This document shows positions 1 to 9,418 of a stretch of 64,000 bases of DNA, piece after piece. The translations under genes were made by a program, and so were the position numbers. The notes below the pieces were generated by a model, which was not told the DNA's origin, did no database searches, and saw only the letters and a list, made by a program, of their open reading frames with translations. This stretch comes from Dehalococcoidia bacterium (GTDB taxonomy: Bacteria; Chloroflexota; Dehalococcoidia; Lucifugimonadales; UBA3495): assembly GCA_030740155.1 (NCBI GenBank), contig JASLXV010000069.1, positions 98,643 to 162,642 of the forward strand, read 5' to 3'. Position 1 is the stretch's first letter. The number at the start of each line of letters is the position of its first letter.

Positions 1-528
1 TGACACGCACTCTTTCCCGGTGAGGGGGAAGGTGCATTCCTCCACGATCTTGGGCCGGTCCTGGCGGTCGGTATGTTCCATCGCGACGATGACCTCCCTG
101 GCCCCGGCGGCCAGGTCCATGGCGCCGCCGACGTTGCCGACTCCCCGCGCCGGGAGCATCCAGTTGGCCAGGTCGCCTTTGGCCGAGACCTGATGGGAAC
201 CCAGGACAGTGACGTCGACGTGGCCGCCGCGGATCATGGCGAAGGCATCCGCCGAACTGAAAAAGGCCGCGCCAGGGACCGGTTTGAGGAACTGGCCGCC
301 GGCGTTTATCAGGTCGATATCCTCTTCCCCTTCGTCGGCCAGGGGCCCGCAGTTCAGTATTCCGCTCTCGCTGTGGTAGAAGACCACGTTGCCTTCCGGC
401 ACGAAGCTGGATACCAAAGTGGGGATACCGATGCCCAGGTTGACATAAGCGCCGTCGGGCAGCTCTTTGGCCACCCGCATGGCGATAATTTCCCGGCCCA
501 GGCGCTCTTTGTCTTCAGAATTGGTCAT
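1..528 (-). CDS. Family I CoA-transferase subunit B (ScoB/AtoA-like), 3' end outside window
   Basis: Not in ORF track. Manual translation from ATG 528: MTNSEDKERLGREIIAMRVAKELPDGAYVNLGIGIPT...HSESG (catalytic Glu)...GGHVDVTVLG...GGAMDL. Confidence 0.88.
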   Translation of the reverse strand, partial: MTNSEDKERLGREIIAMRVAKELPDGAYVNLGIGIPTLVSSFVPEGNVVFYHSESGILNCGPLADEGEEDIDLINAGGQFLKPVPGAAFFSSADAFAMIRGGHVDVTVLGSHQVSAKGDLANWMLPARGVGNVGGAMDLAAGAREVIVAMEHTDRQDRPKIVEECTFPLTGKECVS

Positions 529-670
529 AGGCCTTGGTTGCTCCGCCTAAGGTATTCTAGTAGTTCTCAAAGGGGTCAGCTAGCCAGGTCCGCATAGCAT
601 CGTATTTTCCCACGACACCCTTCGGCTCAGTCTATCAGCTAATGTTTTCTTCTCCTAGCCACCGCAGCTC

Positions 671-713
671 TTGACAAGAATCGAAGCGAAAGTTACACCT
701 GTAACACTGTTAC
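671..713 (+). promoter_or_regulatory. Putative promoter (-35 TTGACA) with a GTTAC/GTAAC/GTTAC operator array
   Basis: TTGACA 671-676; GTTAC 692-696, GTAAC 701-705, GTTAC 709-713, just upstream of the 729 ORF. Confidence 0.5.
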
Positions 714-728
714 TGAAGGTACGGTTCC

Positions 729-1298
729 TTGATGCCCATAATAAGAGTTGACGACGAAGTGTATTCCGAACTGCAAAGGCGCGCTGTCGAACTTAACCTC
801 GTGTTTGCTACTCCAAATCAAGTCCTGAGATCAGTACTTGGGCTTGCGGCGCGGACGGAGGCCAGTACAATCGTGAAAGAAAAACAACACCAACTTGCAA
901 CCACCCAAGAAATGCCAGCGGCGGCGACCTCAACCGGCAATGGCGCGCCGAGCAGCCTCAACCCAACTGTGCAAAGGCTTATTGATCGATTGCTACCTCC
1001 GCTCCAAGAGCTACTTCGCTCGTCGGGCAACATACTCAGGTACCACCCGATTTCTGGGAAATGGGTGGCCCATCCGAATAATTTTGTCGCTTTTAAAGTC
1101 CAAGAAGCGCGGGCGAACAACCTTTGCCTGTACGTGTATGGTAGACCGAATGACTTTACTAACCTTGGACCGTTACTACGAATCAAGCCAGAGCGGACGA
1201 ATTATTCTCGATTCAATATTGACACCCCTGAACAAGTGCGAGAGGCTTTGCTCGTGATGCGACCGGCGTACCAGGTTAAACTGCAGCGCGGCAGGTGA
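729..1298 (+). CDS. Hypothetical protein with N-terminal ribbon-helix-helix/SeqA-N-like domain and C-terminal alpha/beta (DUF5655-like) domain
   Basis: N-terminus MPIIRVDDEVYSELQRRA...TPNQVLRSVLGL has a beta-alpha-alpha RHH pattern; AT-richer than flanks. Confidence 0.65.
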   Translation: MMPIIRVDDEVYSELQRRAVELNLVFATPNQVLRSVLGLAARTEASTIVKEKQHQLATTQEMPAAATSTGNGAPSSLNPTVQRLIDRLLPPLQELLRSSGNILRYHPISGKWVAHPNNFVAFKVQEARANNLCLYVYGRPNDFTNLGPLLRIKPERTNYSRFNIDTPEQVREALLVMRPAYQVKLQRGR

Positions 1299-1344
1299 GC
1301 CTTCGGTATCCTGAGGAACACCTGTGCATAGCCGTGACAAAAAG

Positions 1345-2754
1345 TCACTGATAGGCGGAGAAGCCGGCGGGCCGCTTGACGATCCGGTCAACGTAAATGC
1401 CCGGAGTGACGATCTCCTCGGGGCTGAGGCTTCCCGGCTCCACTATCTCGTCCACCTCCATCACCGTGATTCGGGACGCCGTCGCCATCACCGGGTTGAA
1501 GTTTCGGGACGTGCCCTTGTAGACCACGTTGCCCAGGGTATCCGCCTTGTGCCCCCGGATCAGGCAAAAGTCGGCCGTCAACCCGGTCTCAAGCACGTAC
1601 TCTTTGCCGTCGATGACCCTCGTCTCCTTGCCCTCGGCCAGGAGGGTGCCGGCCCCGGTGGGCGTGTAAAAGGCGGCGACACCGGCCCCGCCGGCCCGCA
1701 GCCGCTCCGCCAGCGTGCCCTGGGGCACCAGTTCCAGCTCCACCTCACCTCGTTGGAAGGCCAACTCGAAGGAGCTTGGCTGGGAAGCTCGCGGCGAAAC
1801 CGGAAACGAGGAGATGGATTTCTTCACCTGCTTGTTGTCCACAAGGACGCTCTGATCGATGGCCAGACGCCCCGGTGGCGTGCCAAAATTCACCACCCGG
1901 GCTATCCCGGCGGTGTTGCTGATCATGGTCAAGTCTTTGGCTCCCTGGTCCCGGAGGGCCAACAACAGGTAGTGTGCCATGCCGCCGGGACCGGCGAAGC
2001 CGTCGATGTTCACCACCGCGCCGTCGGGCACGTCGCGGACCGCATCCCGGGCGGTGTAGACCTTGCTGGGAGGCTCCAGCCGGGGAATGTCGAAGCTCAT
2101 CTCCCGCAGGCCGACGGCTGCCTGCAGGGGCGCTCCGGTGATGGCGGCAACGCCGTCCACGGTCCAACCAGGAGCCAACTCGGCCAGCACCAGGCGGTCT
2201 GGCGTAACCCGTATCACAGCCACATCGGTGATGATCGTCTCGACACACCCTATCCCATCGACGGGTAGAGACGACCGGTCCACGATGTTGGGGCTGCCGT
2301 CCGGCCCGGTATGGGACATCATCGCAATTACGCGGCCCGCGCCCGAGGCCCAATCGACGGCCGAGGCGGGAGCGAACAGCCCCGGCGTTGCCCCGGCGGT
2401 CCAATGAGTGAAGTCGCCCCCGGCGGTCACCTGGGCGGGCTGAAGTACCGCGGCGCCGACACGTCCGCTTCGGACCAGGGCCGCCGTGTCGACCATGCTG
2501 AGCACCGCGCCGCCCGCCAGCAGGGCAACCCCCCGGCCGTCGGAGTCCACCGGGCCGGAGCCTGAAGCGGCGCCCGGAAGGCAGTAGCCCAGCGCGCCGC
2601 TGTCGGCCAGGAAGAAGACCGCCGGCGCCGCCGGCATCTCTCCGGGTATTCGGCTTGGCAGCCCCGGACCCAACCCGACGACTGATCCCGGAGAAAACTC
2701 CCGTGCCACCCGCCGGGCCATGGCCCGATCGTCGATTCTTGCCGCTCCGGGCAT
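1345..2754 (-). CDS. Fused CoA-transferase, B domain followed by A domain
   Basis: N-half VGLGPGLP...DITDVAV-type B-subunit features (ETIITDVAVI); C-half GFAGPGG, PQGTLAERLRAGGAG, DTLGN, NFNPVMA, TPGIYVD A-subunit motifs. Confidence 0.88.
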   Translation of the reverse strand: MPGAARIDDRAMARRVAREFSPGSVVGLGPGLPSRIPGEMPAAPAVFFLADSGALGYCLPGAASGSGPVDSDGRGVALLAGGAVLSMVDTAALVRSGRVGAAVLQPAQVTAGGDFTHWTAGATPGLFAPASAVDWASGAGRVIAMMSHTGPDGSPNIVDRSSLPVDGIGCVETIITDVAVIRVTPDRLVLAELAPGWTVDGVAAITGAPLQAAVGLREMSFDIPRLEPPSKVYTARDAVRDVPDGAVVNIDGFAGPGGMAHYLLLALRDQGAKDLTMISNTAGIARVVNFGTPPGRLAIDQSVLVDNKQVKKSISSFPVSPRASQPSSFELAFQRGEVELELVPQGTLAERLRAGGAGVAAFYTPTGAGTLLAEGKETRVIDGKEYVLETGLTADFCLIRGHKADTLGNVVYKGTSRNFNPVMATASRITVMEVDEIVEPGSLSPEEIVTPGIYVDRIVKRPAGFSAYQ

Positions 2755-2777
2755 GCTTGTGACGCCTCCAAAATCAA

Positions 2778-2860
2778 GCTATCAGCGATCAGCCATCAGC
2801 TTTCAGCACCCATCCCCTTTGGTGAAGCGGAGTGTACCTGACGGCTGACGGCTGACTGCT
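2778..2860. repeat. Inverted heptamer tandem repeat (TCAGC arrays facing GCTGA arrays)
   Basis: gctatcagcgatcagccatcagctttcagc ... ctgacggctgacggctgactgct between two CoA-transferase genes. Confidence 0.7.
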
Positions 2861-3635
2861 ATCCTGTTTTGACGATACGGTTGATGAAGATGCCGGGGGT
2901 GATGATCGTCTCAGGGTTCAGGTCCCCCGGTTCGAGGATCCGGCCCACCTCCGCGATGCTGACCCTGGCGGCCATGGCCATGACCGGGTTCCAGTTGCGT
3001 TGGGTGTCACGGTAGACCAGGTTGCCCAGGGTGTCGGCGGCATCGGCGCGGAGCAGGGCAAAGTCGGCGTGCAGCGCCGGCTCAAATACCTGGTCCCGAT
3101 CTCCGAATCTGCGGACCTCCCGGCCCTCTCCGAAGCGGGTACCGGCTCCGGCAGGGATAAACACGCCGCCCAGTCCCGCGCCGCCCGCCCGCAGCCGCTC
3201 GGCCAGGATTCCCTGAGGCGCCACCTCAATCTCCAGGTCGCCCGACCTCCATCGGGCTTCCACCGGCCCGCCGTGCCCCGGATAGAAAGGCAGCGGCGAG
3301 ATCAGCTTCCGGACCTGACCTCCTGCCACCAGCGCCTCGATTCCGCTGAGGGAAGGCTCGGAGGCTGCCGCGCCCGCGAGGGGGCCTGCGCCGGAGGGGA
3401 CCTGCCAAGCCCCGTGGCAGATGGCGGTCAGGTTAGCGGCCGCATTGGCGCGCAACGCCCCAAGGAGGCTTTCCGGGCAGCCGCACCCGGCGAAGCCGGC
3501 GATTAGCAACACAGCGCCGTCGAAGATATCCGCCACGGCGGCCTCCGGAGAAGCGAACACCTTTTTTCGGGCCGAAGGGCTTGCCGCTCCCTGGCCCGCA
3601 GCTTCCTGGTTAATGGTGGTTCCCCTGTCTTTCAT
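2859..3635 (-). CDS. CoA-transferase subunit A (ScoA/AtoD-like)
   Basis: GFAGCG, PQGILAERLRAGGAG, ADTLGNL, NWNPVMA, TPGIFI; start trimmed to ATG 3635 because the upstream extension overlaps a REP and moaD. Confidence 0.88.
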   Translation of the reverse strand: MKDRGTTINQEAAGQGAASPSARKKVFASPEAAVADIFDGAVLLIAGFAGCGCPESLLGALRANAAANLTAICHGAWQVPSGAGPLAGAAASEPSLSGIEALVAGGQVRKLISPLPFYPGHGGPVEARWRSGDLEIEVAPQGILAERLRAGGAGLGGVFIPAGAGTRFGEGREVRRFGDRDQVFEPALHADFALLRADAADTLGNLVYRDTQRNWNPVMAMAARVSIAEVGRILEPGDLNPETIITPGIFINRIVKTG

Positions 3636-3707
3636 GGGCCCCGTGGGGACCCGATTTCCAAGGCATTCTAGCCGCTCGCCCACCTCCGGTACAACCCCAC
3701 CGCCCGG

Positions 3708-3761
3708 GCCCTCACCCAGCCCAAGCTGCGCCACGGTATCCCTCTCCCAAAGGGCGAGGGC
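3708..3761. repeat. REP-like palindromic element, 68-bp family (partial copy)
   Basis: gccctcacccagcccaagctgcgccacggtatccctctcccaaagggcgaggg, similar to 21930-21997. Confidence 0.75.
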
Positions 3762-3894
3762 GACGGCCGCGAAATCGCGGGATTCGATGGATAATCGTTG
3801 ACAGAAGAATTCCGGATGGGTAGGCTGTGCAGAGCGAACATCGGCGCCGGTGCTCGAATGGGCTCCAATCGCCGGGTACTTTGAGGCGGGAACG

Positions 3895-4200
3895 ATGTTG
3901 ACGGTAAAGCTCGAGGTTTTGTCCTGGCTCACCCCTGCCTTCGAGACGGACCAGCGGGCCCGGCTCAAGTTGGAGCAGGAGGTCGAATCGGGGGCAACCA
4001 TGAGAGACCTCTTCAAGCAATTGGCGGACCAATTCCCCAAACTCCAGGGATTGATCTACGATCCCGATGATGGTGCGCTCACCGGGCAGGTAAGCATCAT
4101 CTTCAACAATCGGGTCCTGGAACTCGCGGGCGGTCTCGACGCCAAGATTCAGGATGGCGATAGCGTCGTGCTGCTCCCGGCCTACGCCGGAGGCAGCTAG
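3895..4200 (+). CDS. MoaD/ThiS-family ubiquitin-like sulfur carrier
   Basis: C-terminal DGDSVVLLPAYAGGS; directly upstream of AOR. Confidence 0.85.
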   Translation: MLTVKLEVLSWLTPAFETDQRARLKLEQEVESGATMRDLFKQLADQFPKLQGLIYDPDDGALTGQVSIIFNNRVLELAGGLDAKIQDGDSVVLLPAYAGGS

Positions 4201-4295
4201 ACCCCAGATTCTCTTCATATGTATGTCCAAGGGCGGCCGAAGACGGCCCCACGGATTCCGGTTTTCCAAAAACAACCTGCAAGGGGGTCCCCACC

Positions 4296-6170
4296 ATGGC
4301 GGCAACGATAAATGGATATGCGGGCAAGCTTCTTCGAGTCGACCTGACCCAGGAAAAGATCTGGGATGAGCCCCTCGATGAGGCTACCGCAAGGGCCTAT
4401 GTGGGCGGCGTCGGTTTGGGCGCCAAGATCCTCTATGACGAGGTCGCTCCGGGAGTCGAATGGTCCGACCCGGAGAACCGTCTGATCTTCGCCAGCGGCC
4501 CCTTGGGCGGGACCACTATGGGTGGCTCCGGCACTTTTTCCGTTATCACCAAAGGGGCCCTCACCGGCGGGGCTACCAGCACCCAGGCCAACGGTTTCTT
4601 CGGCGCCTTCATGAGGTTCTGCGGCTACGACGCCATCGTTGTCCAAGGGGCCGCCAGCCGGTGGCTCTACCTCCACATGACCGAAAACGGCTCCGAACTC
4701 CGCGATGCCAGCCATATCATGGGCCAGGACAGCTGGCAGATGGACGATACCCTCAAGGCGGAACACGGCAAGAAAGACCAACAGATGAGCGTCTTCGGCA
4801 TCGGGCCGGCCGGGGAGAACCTGGTGAGACTGGCCGCCATCGCCGGTGACAAGGGCCATGTGGCGGGCCACAACGGCACCGGCGCCGTCATGGGCTCCAA
4901 GAAGCTCAAGGCCATCGCCATCGACCGGACCCGGGGGCGAGTCTCCCTCCATAACCGGGAGGGGCTCGTGGAGGTGTCCCGGAGGCTCCTTGAACAGATC
5001 AAGACCAACCCCGGCTCCCGCTCAACCTACCTCTGGGGCACCCTGACCGGGCTGGTCGGAGCCGAGAAAGGGGGCTGGCTCCCCATCAAGAACTACTCCA
5101 CCAACGTCTATGACATCACCCCCGAGGAGTTGGATGCCTATAGTGCCGAGAATATCCGGGGCAACTTCGAGCCCACCCCCAATCCCTGCTGGGCCTGCCA
5201 GTTGCACCACTGCCACATGATGAAGATCACCGAGGGCCGCTACCGGGGCGAGATCGTGGAGGAGCCGGAGTACGAGGGTTTCGCCGCCTGGGGCCCCACC
5301 ACCGGACAGACCGATGTCGCCAGCACAATGGTCATATCCAACGAGGTGGACAAGCTTGGAATGGACCTCAACGAGGCCGGATACCTCATCGGCCTGGTGA
5401 TGGAGTGCTATGAAAAAGGCGTGATCACCGTTGAGGACACCGACGGCCTGGAGATGACCTGGGGCAACGCCGAGGCCACCCGGGCCATGCTGCGCAAGGT
5501 CGCCAACCGGGAAGGGTTCGGCGACATTCTCGCCGAGGGCACCATGCGCGCCGCCAAGCTCATCGGAGGGGAAGCGCCCAACATGGCCGTGCACACCATG
5601 AAGGGGAATACCCCCCGGGGCCACGACCACCGATCGCTGTGGCACGAGCTGTTCGACACTTGCGTTTCCAACACCAGCACCATCGAGACCGCCAGGCAGA
5701 CTTCCCGGACCATGTTCGGGCTCTCGGACAAGGGAGACCCCTTCGACCCCGAGGAGGTTGTAACCTTCACCGCCAAGACCAAGGGCTCCATGCAGTTCGA
5801 GGACGCCCTGGGGATCTGCCGCTTCAACACCCGCACCGATGTCCCCATTCTGTGCGAAGCCCTGTCGGAGGCCACCGGATGGGACTACACCCTGGACGAT
5901 GCCATGGATATGGGCCGCCGGACGGTCAACCTGCTGCGGGCCTTCAACCTGCGCCACGGCATCAGCCCGGAGCTGGACAAGCCATCTCCCAGGTACGGAT
6001 CCACCCCGGTGGACGGCGTGGTCGCGGGCGTCGGCATCGCGGAACACTGGGACAAGATGCAGGGTGACTACTACGAGCAGATGGGCTGGGACCGGGAGAC
6101 CAGCAAGCCCCTGCCCGAGACCCTTCGGAGCCTGGGACTGGAGCACGTGGTCGCCGACCTGTGGCCCTAA
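4296..6170 (+). CDS. aor: Aldehyde:ferredoxin oxidoreductase family (W/Mo-bis-pterin)
   Basis: GYAGKLLRVDL, GAVMGSKKLKAI, CWACQLHC, PEYE, DKLGMD, DALGIC motifs. Confidence 0.93.
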   Translation: MAATINGYAGKLLRVDLTQEKIWDEPLDEATARAYVGGVGLGAKILYDEVAPGVEWSDPENRLIFASGPLGGTTMGGSGTFSVITKGALTGGATSTQANGFFGAFMRFCGYDAIVVQGAASRWLYLHMTENGSELRDASHIMGQDSWQMDDTLKAEHGKKDQQMSVFGIGPAGENLVRLAAIAGDKGHVAGHNGTGAVMGSKKLKAIAIDRTRGRVSLHNREGLVEVSRRLLEQIKTNPGSRSTYLWGTLTGLVGAEKGGWLPIKNYSTNVYDITPEELDAYSAENIRGNFEPTPNPCWACQLHHCHMMKITEGRYRGEIVEEPEYEGFAAWGPTTGQTDVASTMVISNEVDKLGMDLNEAGYLIGLVMECYEKGVITVEDTDGLEMTWGNAEATRAMLRKVANREGFGDILAEGTMRAAKLIGGEAPNMAVHTMKGNTPRGHDHRSLWHELFDTCVSNTSTIETARQTSRTMFGLSDKGDPFDPEEVVTFTAKTKGSMQFEDALGICRFNTRTDVPILCEALSEATGWDYTLDDAMDMGRRTVNLLRAFNLRHGISPELDKPSPRYGSTPVDGVVAGVGIAEHWDKMQGDYYEQMGWDRETSKPLPETLRSLGLEHVVADLWP

Positions 6171-6250
6171 GACGGCCCCGATGACCGGGAACGGCGGGCA
6201 CTCGCGACGGAGGCCCGCCGTGTTAATGATCTTTGCATCGATGGTGAACG

Positions 6251-6296
6251 AAATCCCCCTCGGCCCCCCCCTGCAAAGGGGGATACAGGGGGATTT
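6251..6296. repeat. Palindromic intergenic repeat (CCCCC..AAAGGGGG family)
   Basis: AAATCCCCCT ... AGGGGGATTT terminal inverted repeat with internal hairpin; related sequence at 50009-50043. Confidence 0.6.
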
Positions 6297-6391
6297 CCTC
6301 GCGGTAGAGCTTGCCAGGGCGAGGCCATCAGGAAGTGCATTGGTCGATAGGCCGGCAGCCCTCAGGCTAGGTCTGCCCAGGGCGATCTCGG

Positions 6392-6420
6392 TTGACACAC
6401 GAGAATGGCGGGGATAGACT
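6392..6420 (+). promoter_or_regulatory. Sigma70-type promoter
   Basis: TTGACA-17 nt-TAGACT upstream of the 6544 operon. Confidence 0.55.
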
Positions 6421-6543
6421 TCGGGTAACTGGAGATCGGCGTCCGCAAAGCCTGCCGCTGGCCTGAAGCAGAAGATTCCGGCTGGAGGCAGGCGATTTTT
6501 TCGGGGCTCCCCTTCTCCGACACGGGAACACCAGGCTGGGATA

Positions 6544-8043
6544 ATGACGCGAGAATACGATGTGGCAGTGGTGGGCGGCGGGGTGGTTGGGTGCGCCATC
6601 GCACGGGAGTTGGCTCGCCACCAGGTTAAGGTGGTCCTTCTGGAGCGGGAGAGCGATGTCGCCAGGGGCACCAGCGGCAAGAACAGCGGCGTGGTCCACA
6701 CCGGCTTCAACGTGCCCACCGGCTCGGTAAAAGCGCGGCTGAACGTTTCCGGCGCCAGTGTTTTCGAAGAGTTTTGCGCCGAGTTGAGGGTACCTTTTCA
6801 CCGGGTGGGAAAACTGGTCGTCGCCCTCACCGAGCAAGAGGCCCCCGAACTGGAGAAATTGAAAGCCATCGGGGACGCCAACGGGGTTCCATCCCTCGAA
6901 ATCGTCGACGGTGAAACCGTCCGGCGCATGGAGCCCAATATTCAGGGCTATGCCGCGCTTCACGTGCCTACCGCAGCCATTACCTGCCCCTTCACTCTCA
7001 CCATAGCCCTGGCCGAATCCGCCAAGTCCATGGGGGCCGAGATTCTCTTCCTGTCCGAAGTGAAGCGGATCTCCGGCCACGCCGGCGCCTTTCGCCTCAC
7101 CACCGGGCAGGGCACGGTATACAGCAAACTGATCGTGAACTCCGCCGGGCTCTACGCCGACCACGTGGCCCGGCTGGCCGGGGTGCGCCGCTACAAGGTC
7201 TACCCCTGCCGGGGTGAGTACCTAATCATCGACAAGTCGAGAAGCGACCTTATCCAGCGGATGGTCTACCCGGTGCCGCCCAAAGGAGGACCCGGCCTCG
7301 GCGTGCACCTGACTCCGACCGTCGACGGGAACATCCTTATCGGCCCCAGTGCGGCCTACGTGCGGCACAAGGGCGACGAAGCCACCACCCGGACCATGTC
7401 CCGTGCCCTCCTCCGGGAAGCGCGGGAACTGCTTCCGCCGCTGAGTCCCCGGGACGTTGTCACCTCCTACTCCGGCATCAGGTCCAAGACCGTGAGTTCG
7501 GCGGAGGGAGGCTTCGGAGACTTCATCATCGAGGAGGCGCCGGAACTGCCTGGGATGATGCACCTGGTGGGTATCGAGTCCCCCGGCCTCACCTCGGCGC
7601 CCGCCATCGCGGCCGATGTGGCCCAGTGGGTGGGAAGCTACCTTCCACTGGGAAGCAACGGCAGCCCCCCAACGCCGAGCAGGCTTGCCGTCCCCTTCCG
7701 TGAGCTGCCGTCGGAGCAGCAGGCCGAGCTCGTGGAGGCGGACCCCGACTACGGCCAGATCGTATGCCGGTGTGAGATAGTGACGCGAAGAGAAGTGCTC
7801 GATGCTATCCACAATCCCCTTGGCGTGAACACCCTCAGCGGAATCAAGTACCGCTCCAGGGCAACAATGGGGCGCTGTCAGGGCGGCTTCTGTGGCCCGC
7901 GGATTGTGGAGATGCTGGAACAAGAACTCGGCCTAACGCCGGAGGATATCTCCCTCAAGGGGCCCGGATCGTGGCTCTTCCCCGGGACCACCAAGGGGCT
8001 CAGAAGCCCTCAGGCAGCCTCCGTTCGGCGCAACCAGGCATGA
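6544..8043 (+). CDS. FAD-dependent oxidoreductase, GlpA/L-2-hydroxyglutarate oxidase-like, with C-terminal BFD-like [2Fe-2S] domain
   Basis: GGGVVG, TSGKNSGVVHTG, GIESPGLTSAPAIA, CRCE...MGRCQGGFC. Confidence 0.9.
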   Translation: MTREYDVAVVGGGVVGCAIARELARHQVKVVLLERESDVARGTSGKNSGVVHTGFNVPTGSVKARLNVSGASVFEEFCAELRVPFHRVGKLVVALTEQEAPELEKLKAIGDANGVPSLEIVDGETVRRMEPNIQGYAALHVPTAAITCPFTLTIALAESAKSMGAEILFLSEVKRISGHAGAFRLTTGQGTVYSKLIVNSAGLYADHVARLAGVRRYKVYPCRGEYLIIDKSRSDLIQRMVYPVPPKGGPGLGVHLTPTVDGNILIGPSAAYVRHKGDEATTRTMSRALLREARELLPPLSPRDVVTSYSGIRSKTVSSAEGGFGDFIIEEAPELPGMMHLVGIESPGLTSAPAIAADVAQWVGSYLPLGSNGSPPTPSRLAVPFRELPSEQQAELVEADPDYGQIVCRCEIVTRREVLDAIHNPLGVNTLSGIKYRSRATMGRCQGGFCGPRIVEMLEQELGLTPEDISLKGPGSWLFPGTTKGLRSPQAASVRRNQA

Positions 8044-8176
8044 AGATTGGAAGGCCCGAATCGATTACCAGAGACCGCGAGATGCTGGCGGGACCGGTCT
8101 CGCGGAGCCGCAACTGCACCGTATCGCCGTCCATCAGGGACGGGCGTGCTCACGATGACATTTCCGGAGTGGTGAC

Positions 8177-9418
8177 GTGCGAACCGAAGACGTAGAGGTG
8201 GTGGTGATTGGTGGTGGTCCCGCCGGGATGGCCGCCGCCGTCGCGGCCCGGCAGGCCGGGGCGGAGGACGTGCTGCTGGTGGAGCGAGGGGAGCGGTTGG
8301 GGGGAATCCTGAACCAGTGCATCCACGACGGCTTCGGCACCAAGGTCTTTGGTGAAACGCTGACAGGGCCCGAGTACGCCCAGATCTACATCGATAAACT
8401 CCACGACGCCAAGGTCTCCTATTGCCTCGACACCATGGTCCTCGACCTGACGGCGGACCGGGAGTTGACGCTGTGTTCCACCGGCGGAATGCGGCGGGTA
8501 CGGGCCAAGGCGGTGGTCCTCACCATGGGGTGCCGGGAGCGTCCCCGGGGCGCCATAAACATCCCCGGTTCCCGCCCGGCCGGCGTCTACACCGCCGGTG
8601 TTGTCCAGGCTTACATGAACCTCCAGAACATCTCGGTTGGGAAACGGGTCGTGATCCTGGGTTCCGGCGACGTCGGCCTGATCATGGCGCGCCGTCTTAC
8701 CCTGGAGGGCGCCGAGGTCCCGTGCGTTGCCGAGATACTGCCCCATCCCAGCGGGCTGGGGCGAAACGTGGTCCAGTGTCTGGAAGACTTCGGTATCCCG
8801 CTCTACCTGAGCACTACGGTGGTCGAGATCCACGGGAATCAGCGAATCCACGGGGTGACCCTGGCCGAGATCGGGCCCAAGGGAGGGGTCGTGCGGGGCA
8901 CCAAGCGGTACGTCGCCTGCGATACCCTGATGCTCTCCGTGGGGTTGATTCCGGAGAACGAGCTTTCCAAGAAGGCCGGGACGGACCTCAGCCCGGTTAC
9001 CGGCGGGCCGGTCGTGGACGAGGACTACCACACGTCCATTCCCGGCATCTTCGCCGCCGGGAACGCCCTCCAGGTTCACGACCTGGTGGACTACGTGTCC
9101 CTGGAGGCCGCGGTGGCCGGGCAGAAGGCCGCCGAGTTTGCCGGGACGGGGAAGGGCCGGCAGGCGGGCATCACGGTAGGTGCGGGGCAGGGGATACGGT
9201 ACGTCGTGCCCCAGCGGATCAGCGGCGCCGCGGCGGTCGAATTCACCATGAGGGTGACGGCCCCGGATAACGACCGCAACATCGTTTTCAGCAGAGATGG
9301 CCAGGTGATCCGGAGGCTGAAGCAGTCCGTGCTGGCGCCTTCGTCGATGATCCGGCTCAGGGTCAGGGCCGACCGGTTCCAGGGTCTGGACGGTGACATG
9401 ATTGTGGAGGTCCGGTGA
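8177..9418 (+). CDS. NAD(P)/FAD-dependent oxidoreductase (pyridine nucleotide-disulfide family, partner of GlpA-like subunit)
   Basis: GGGPAGMAAA, GGILNQCIHDGFG, GCRER, GSGDVGLIMARR, GIFAAGN. Confidence 0.9.
   Translation: MRTEDVEVVVIGGGPAGMAAAVAARQAGAEDVLLVERGERLGGILNQCIHDGFGTKVFGETLTGPEYAQIYIDKLHDAKVSYCLDTMVLDLTADRELTLCSTGGMRRVRAKAVVLTMGCRERPRGAINIPGSRPAGVYTAGVVQAYMNLQNISVGKRVVILGSGDVGLIMARRLTLEGAEVPCVAEILPHPSGLGRNVVQCLEDFGIPLYLSTTVVEIHGNQRIHGVTLAEIGPKGGVVRGTKRYVACDTLMLSVGLIPENELSKKAGTDLSPVTGGPVVDEDYHTSIPGIFAAGNALQVHDLVDYVSLEAAVAGQKAAEFAGTGKGRQAGITVGAGQGIRYVVPQRISGAAAVEFTMRVTAPDNDRNIVFSRDGQVIRRLKQSVLAPSSMIRLRVRADRFQGLDGDMIVEVR

Noticed and set aside
73..597. 174-aa plus-strand ORF
   Set aside because: Antisense shadow of the CoA-transferase B gene on the minus strand
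5022..6719. Long antisense ORFs (565 aa here; also 45994-47727, 51252-52964, 57095-58453, 54964-56118)
   Set aside because: Opposite well-supported genes; expected from GC-rich codon bias, no motifs
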